From positions 96,001 through 160,000 of the forward strand of contig CAWAMW010000006.1 in the NCBI GenBank assembly GCA_963783305.1: a DNA stretch of 64,000 bases, in the 5' to 3' direction. The position numbers and the translations under genes were made by a program. Origin of the DNA: an uncultured Gemmatimonadales bacterium (lineage in GTDB: Bacteria; Gemmatimonadota; Gemmatimonadetes; Longimicrobiales; RSA9). Positions 60,790 through 64,000 of the stretch are shown piece by piece; the first letter of the stretch is position 1, and each line of letters begins with the position of its first letter. Below the pieces are notes generated by a model. The model had not been told where the DNA came from. It saw nothing but the letters and a program-made list of their open reading frames with translations, and ran no database searches.

Positions 60790-62031
60790 ATGTCGGAATA
60801 CAAGCACGCGACGGTTCCAGAGGACGGTACCCGGATCCAGATGGACGAGAACGGGGAGCTGCGGATCCCCAACGATCCCATCATCCCCTTCATCGAGGGC
60901 GATGGCATCGGCCCCGACATCTGGGCGGCCACGAAGAAGGTGGTGGAGGCGGCCATCGAGAAGGCCTACGGCGGGTCGAAGAGGATCGTCTGGATGGAGA
61001 TCCTGGCGGGTGAGAAGGCGTACGACGCGTCCGGCGAATGGCTGCCCGAGGAGACGTTCGAGGCGCTGCGGGAGTTCAAGGTGGGGATCAAGGGGCCTCT
61101 GACCACCCCGGTGGGCGGCGGTATCCGGTCGCTGAACGTGACGCTCCGGCAGGTGCTGGACCTGTACGCGTGCATCCGTCCCGTCCGCTGGATCCCGGGT
61201 GTGCCCTCGCCGGTGAAGCACCCGGAGAAGCTGGACGTGGTGATCTTCCGCGAGAATACGGAGGACGTCTACGCGGGCATCGAGTGGGCGGCCGGCTCGG
61301 AGGAGGCGGAGCGGGTGCGCGACTTCCTGGTCAACGAGATGGGCGCGAACATCCGCGAAAAGAGCGGCCTCGGCGTGAAGCCGATCAGCGCGTTCGGGAC
61401 CAAGCGGCTGGTGGCGATGGCTATCCGGTACGCGAAGGCGCGCGGCCGGAGCTCGGTGACGATCGTCCACAAGGGCAACATCATGAAGTTCACCGAGGGC
61501 GCGTTCCGGGAGTGGGGCTACGAGATCGCCGAGGAGAAGTTCGGGGATGTGACGGTCACGGAGCAGGCGACGTGGGACGGGGCCGATGCCACGGGCAAGA
61601 TCCTGATCAAGGACCGGATCGCCGACGCCATGTTCCAGCAGATCCTGCTGCGCCCGGACGAGTATGACGTGGTCGCCATGCCGAACCTGAACGGCGACTA
61701 CATGTCGGATGCCGCGGCCGCGCAGGTGGGCGGGCTCGGGATGGCGCCGGGCGCCAACCTGGGGGACGAGGTTGCGCTGTTCGAGGCGACCCACGGCACC
61801 GCACCCAAGTACGCGGGTCAGGACAAGGTGAATCCGGGCTCGCTCATCCTGTCGGCCCACATGATGCTGGAGCACCTCGGCTGGAACGAGGCCGCCGACC
61901 TAGTGGTGCGCGGTCTGGAGGGCGCGGTGGCGGACAAGACGGTGACGTACGACCTCGAGCGTCAGATGGAGGGCGCCACGCTGGTCAGCACGTCCGGGTT
62001 CGCCGACGCCATCATCAAGAACATGGACTGA
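60790..62031 (+). CDS. icd: NADP-dependent isocitrate dehydrogenase
   Basis: [55 protein letters not shown]. Confidence 0.97.
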   Translation: MSEYKHATVPEDGTRIQMDENGELRIPNDPIIPFIEGDGIGPDIWAATKKVVEAAIEKAYGGSKRIVWMEILAGEKAYDASGEWLPEETFEALREFKVGIKGPLTTPVGGGIRSLNVTLRQVLDLYACIRPVRWIPGVPSPVKHPEKLDVVIFRENTEDVYAGIEWAAGSEEAERVRDFLVNEMGANIREKSGLGVKPISAFGTKRLVAMAIRYAKARGRSSVTIVHKGNIMKFTEGAFREWGYEIAEEKFGDVTVTEQATWDGADATGKILIKDRIADAMFQQILLRPDEYDVVAMPNLNGDYMSDAAAAQVGGLGMAPGANLGDEVALFEATHGTAPKYAGQDKVNPGSLILSAHMMLEHLGWNEAADLVVRGLEGAVADKTVTYDLERQMEGATLVSTSGFADAIIKNMD

Positions 62032-62037
62032 CGAGCA

Positions 62038-63573
62038 ATGGCCCTGAACATCTCGATCCGGACAGACGACGCGGCGTCCCTCCGCACACCGCTTCTCGTC
62101 CTCCAGCATTTCCAGGACGATGCCGAGCCGAAAGGCGCGGCGTCGGCCGTCGACGAGGCGCTGGACGGTCTCCTGGGCCGGCTCATGAGCCGGTCCGACT
62201 TCCGTGGCAGGCAGGGAGAAACCGTGGTGGTGTTCCCGGAGGACGCCGGGTTCCCGGCCGAGCGGATCCTCTTGGTGGGGATCGGCCCGCGGGCCGAGTA
62301 CTCCATGCAGGGGCTCCGCAAGGCGGTGGGCGCGGCGGTGCGGGAGGCCGAGCGGCTGCGGGTGAACGAGATGGCGGTGGCCCTCGGACACATCGAGCGG
62401 AAGAGCGAGCACATGGGCCCCCACTACGCTGCTCGCGGCGCGGTGGAGGGCGCCGTGCTGGCCGCCTGGGACTACCGCGACCTGAAGACAGAGCTGGGTC
62501 GGGGCCCGGACGAGGACCCGGTGGTGCGTCTGAAGAGTGTGACCATCCTCGCCGGGAGCGAGGATGAAGCGGAGGAGATGCGGTCCGGCGCCGATGTGGG
62601 CCGGATCGTGGCCGAGGGTGAGAACCTGGCGCGGGAGCTCGCGTCGAAGCCCGGCAACATCGCCACGCCGTCGCACCTGGCGGAGGTGGCGCGGGCGATC
62701 GCCGAGGAGGGCGGGATGGAGATCACCGTCTTCGACCGTGCGGCCATGGAGAAGGAAGGGTTTGGCGGCATCCTGGGGGTGGCCGCGGGGAGCGACGAGG
62801 AGCCGCGATTCATCATTCTGGAGTACCGGGGCGGTGCGGCGGACGAGCGCCCGGTGGCGCTGGTCGGGAAGGGTGTGACCTTCGACTCGGGGGGCATCTC
62901 CATCAAGCCGGCGCAGAAGATGGAGGAGATGAAGTACGACATGTCGGGCGCCGCCGCGGTGCTGGGCGCCATGCAGGCCGTGGCGCGGCTGCGTCCGCGG
63001 ATCAACGTGGTGGCGCTGGTACCCGCTACGGAGAACCTGCCGTCCTCTCGAGCGGTGAAGCCGGGTGACGTCCTGACGATGTACTCCGGCAAGACGGTGG
63101 AGATCATCAACACGGATGCGGAGGGCCGGTTGATCCTGGCGGATGCGCTGGCGTACGCCCAGCGTTTCGAGCCGGTGGCCATGGTCGATGCGGCCACGCT
63201 CACGGGCGCGGTGGTCATCGGCCTGGGGCACGAGGCCGTGGGGCTGATGGGCAACGACGGCCGTCTCATGGACGAGGTGCGTGCGGTGGGCGAGCGCACC
63301 GGCGAGCGGTGCTGGCCGCTCCCGCTGTGGGACGACTACCGCAAGCAGATCAAGAGCGACGTGGCCGACATCAAGAACTCCGGAGGCCGACCGGCGGGGA
63401 GCATCACCGCCGGCTGGTTCCTGAAGGAGTTCGTGGGGGACGTGCCGTGGGCCCACCTCGACATCGCCGGGACCGCCTACAGGGACGAGCCGGCGTCGTA
63501 TCTCAGGAAGGGTCCGACCGGCGTTCCCACTCGCCTGTTCATCGAATGGATCCGGGATCGCGCAAGCCGGTGA
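62038..63573 (+). CDS. pepA: leucyl aminopeptidase (M17)
   Basis: GKGVTFDSGG, MKYDMSG, NTDAEGRL, ATLTGA, HLDIAG. Confidence 0.95.
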   Translation: MALNISIRTDDAASLRTPLLVLQHFQDDAEPKGAASAVDEALDGLLGRLMSRSDFRGRQGETVVVFPEDAGFPAERILLVGIGPRAEYSMQGLRKAVGAAVREAERLRVNEMAVALGHIERKSEHMGPHYAARGAVEGAVLAAWDYRDLKTELGRGPDEDPVVRLKSVTILAGSEDEAEEMRSGADVGRIVAEGENLARELASKPGNIATPSHLAEVARAIAEEGGMEITVFDRAAMEKEGFGGILGVAAGSDEEPRFIILEYRGGAADERPVALVGKGVTFDSGGISIKPAQKMEEMKYDMSGAAAVLGAMQAVARLRPRINVVALVPATENLPSSRAVKPGDVLTMYSGKTVEIINTDAEGRLILADALAYAQRFEPVAMVDAATLTGAVVIGLGHEAVGLMGNDGRLMDEVRAVGERTGERCWPLPLWDDYRKQIKSDVADIKNSGGRPAGSITAGWFLKEFVGDVPWAHLDIAGTAYRDEPASYLRKGPTGVPTRLFIEWIRDRASR

Positions 63574-64000
63574 TGACCCGCCGACCTCGCTGGCGCCCCC
63601 GACCCCGATCGCTGAGGTCGGGGGCGTTTTGCATTCTCGCGTGGACGGCACTCGGCGCGTTCCTCCCCACCGCGGCGGCCACGCAGGAGCCGGACACCGT
63701 CTCCGTCGAGGCTGTGCCCCCGCGGCCGCCCACGCTCCCGACCTTGCCCCGGGACACCGCGGCGGTGCTCACGGGCGACACCGTGGGCACGGACACGCTT
63801 CCGCCGCCGCCGCCGCCCACGCTCCCGGCCATGCCGCGTATCGGACCCTCCAGCCCCGCGCGGGGGGTGTGGGAATGGGACCGGGAGGCGCTCCGGCGGC
63901 TTCCCGCCCTGTCGCTCCTGCACCTGCTCGAGCGCCTGCCGGGCGTGGTGCCCGTCCGGGCCGACCTCGTAAACCAGGCGGAAGGCGCCAGCATCTTCGG
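63573..64000 (+). CDS. secreted protein with TonB-dependent receptor plug-like domain, N-terminus only
   Basis: Not in ORF track (no stop in window). ATG overlaps the pepA stop; signal-like segment, Pro-rich linker, then WEWDREAL..LPALSLLHLLERLPGV. Confidence 0.65.
   Translation, partial: MTRRPRWRPRPRSLRSGAFCILAWTALGAFLPTAAATQEPDTVSVEAVPPRPPTLPTLPRDTAAVLTGDTVGTDTLPPPPPPTLPAMPRIGPSSPARGVWEWDREALRRLPALSLLHLLERLPGVVPVRADLVNQAEGASIF
63594..63630 (+). terminator. intrinsic terminator after pepA, inside the next ORF's 5' end
   Basis: CGCCCCCGACC...GGTCGGGGGCG-TTTT. Confidence 0.7.

Noticed and set aside
325..63651. Many long antisense or alternate-frame ORFs (e.g. 325..1893-, 8962..11646-, 35517..37391-, 59476..61875-)
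   Set aside because: They shadow well-supported genes, are Arg/Pro/Gly/His-rich without motifs, and are expected from stop-codon scarcity in high-GC DNA.

Overview
A GC-rich (about 70% by eye) bacterial chromosomal segment. Gene content (duplicated orphan ABC permease, lipoproteins, TonB-plug gene, many PAS kinases, rplU-rpmA without an intervening gene) suggests a diderm such as Gemmatimonadota; this is an inference. Housekeeping blocks include a class I fumarase, rng-rplU-rpmA, murB-trkAH, an MltD-like gene, citrate synthase-icd-pepA, an acyl-CoA/aromatic lower-pathway operon, nfeD-floA and tRNA-Leu(CAA). No CRISPR array, transposase or prophage was seen. Signals the ORF track misses or leaves unexplained: (1) a probable selenoprotein, a DsbA/FrnE-like gene with an in-frame UGA in a UxxC motif plus a SECIS-like hairpin, coupled to a rhodanese and a metal-binding lipoprotein; (2) a c-di-GMP-I riboswitch ahead of a secreted subtilase; (3) a secreted cyanophycinase-YfcC-isoaspartyl dipeptidase scavenging operon; (4) an uncharacterised six-gene operon (His-rich membrane protein, SufT/DUF59, three DUF2249 genes, degenerate TIM barrel) under a palindromic operator; (5) an SD/anti-SD tandem-repeat hairpin inside the acyl-CoA operon; (6) recurring -24/-12 promoter motifs; (7) two broken genes. 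All calls come from reading motifs by eye; no searches were run.
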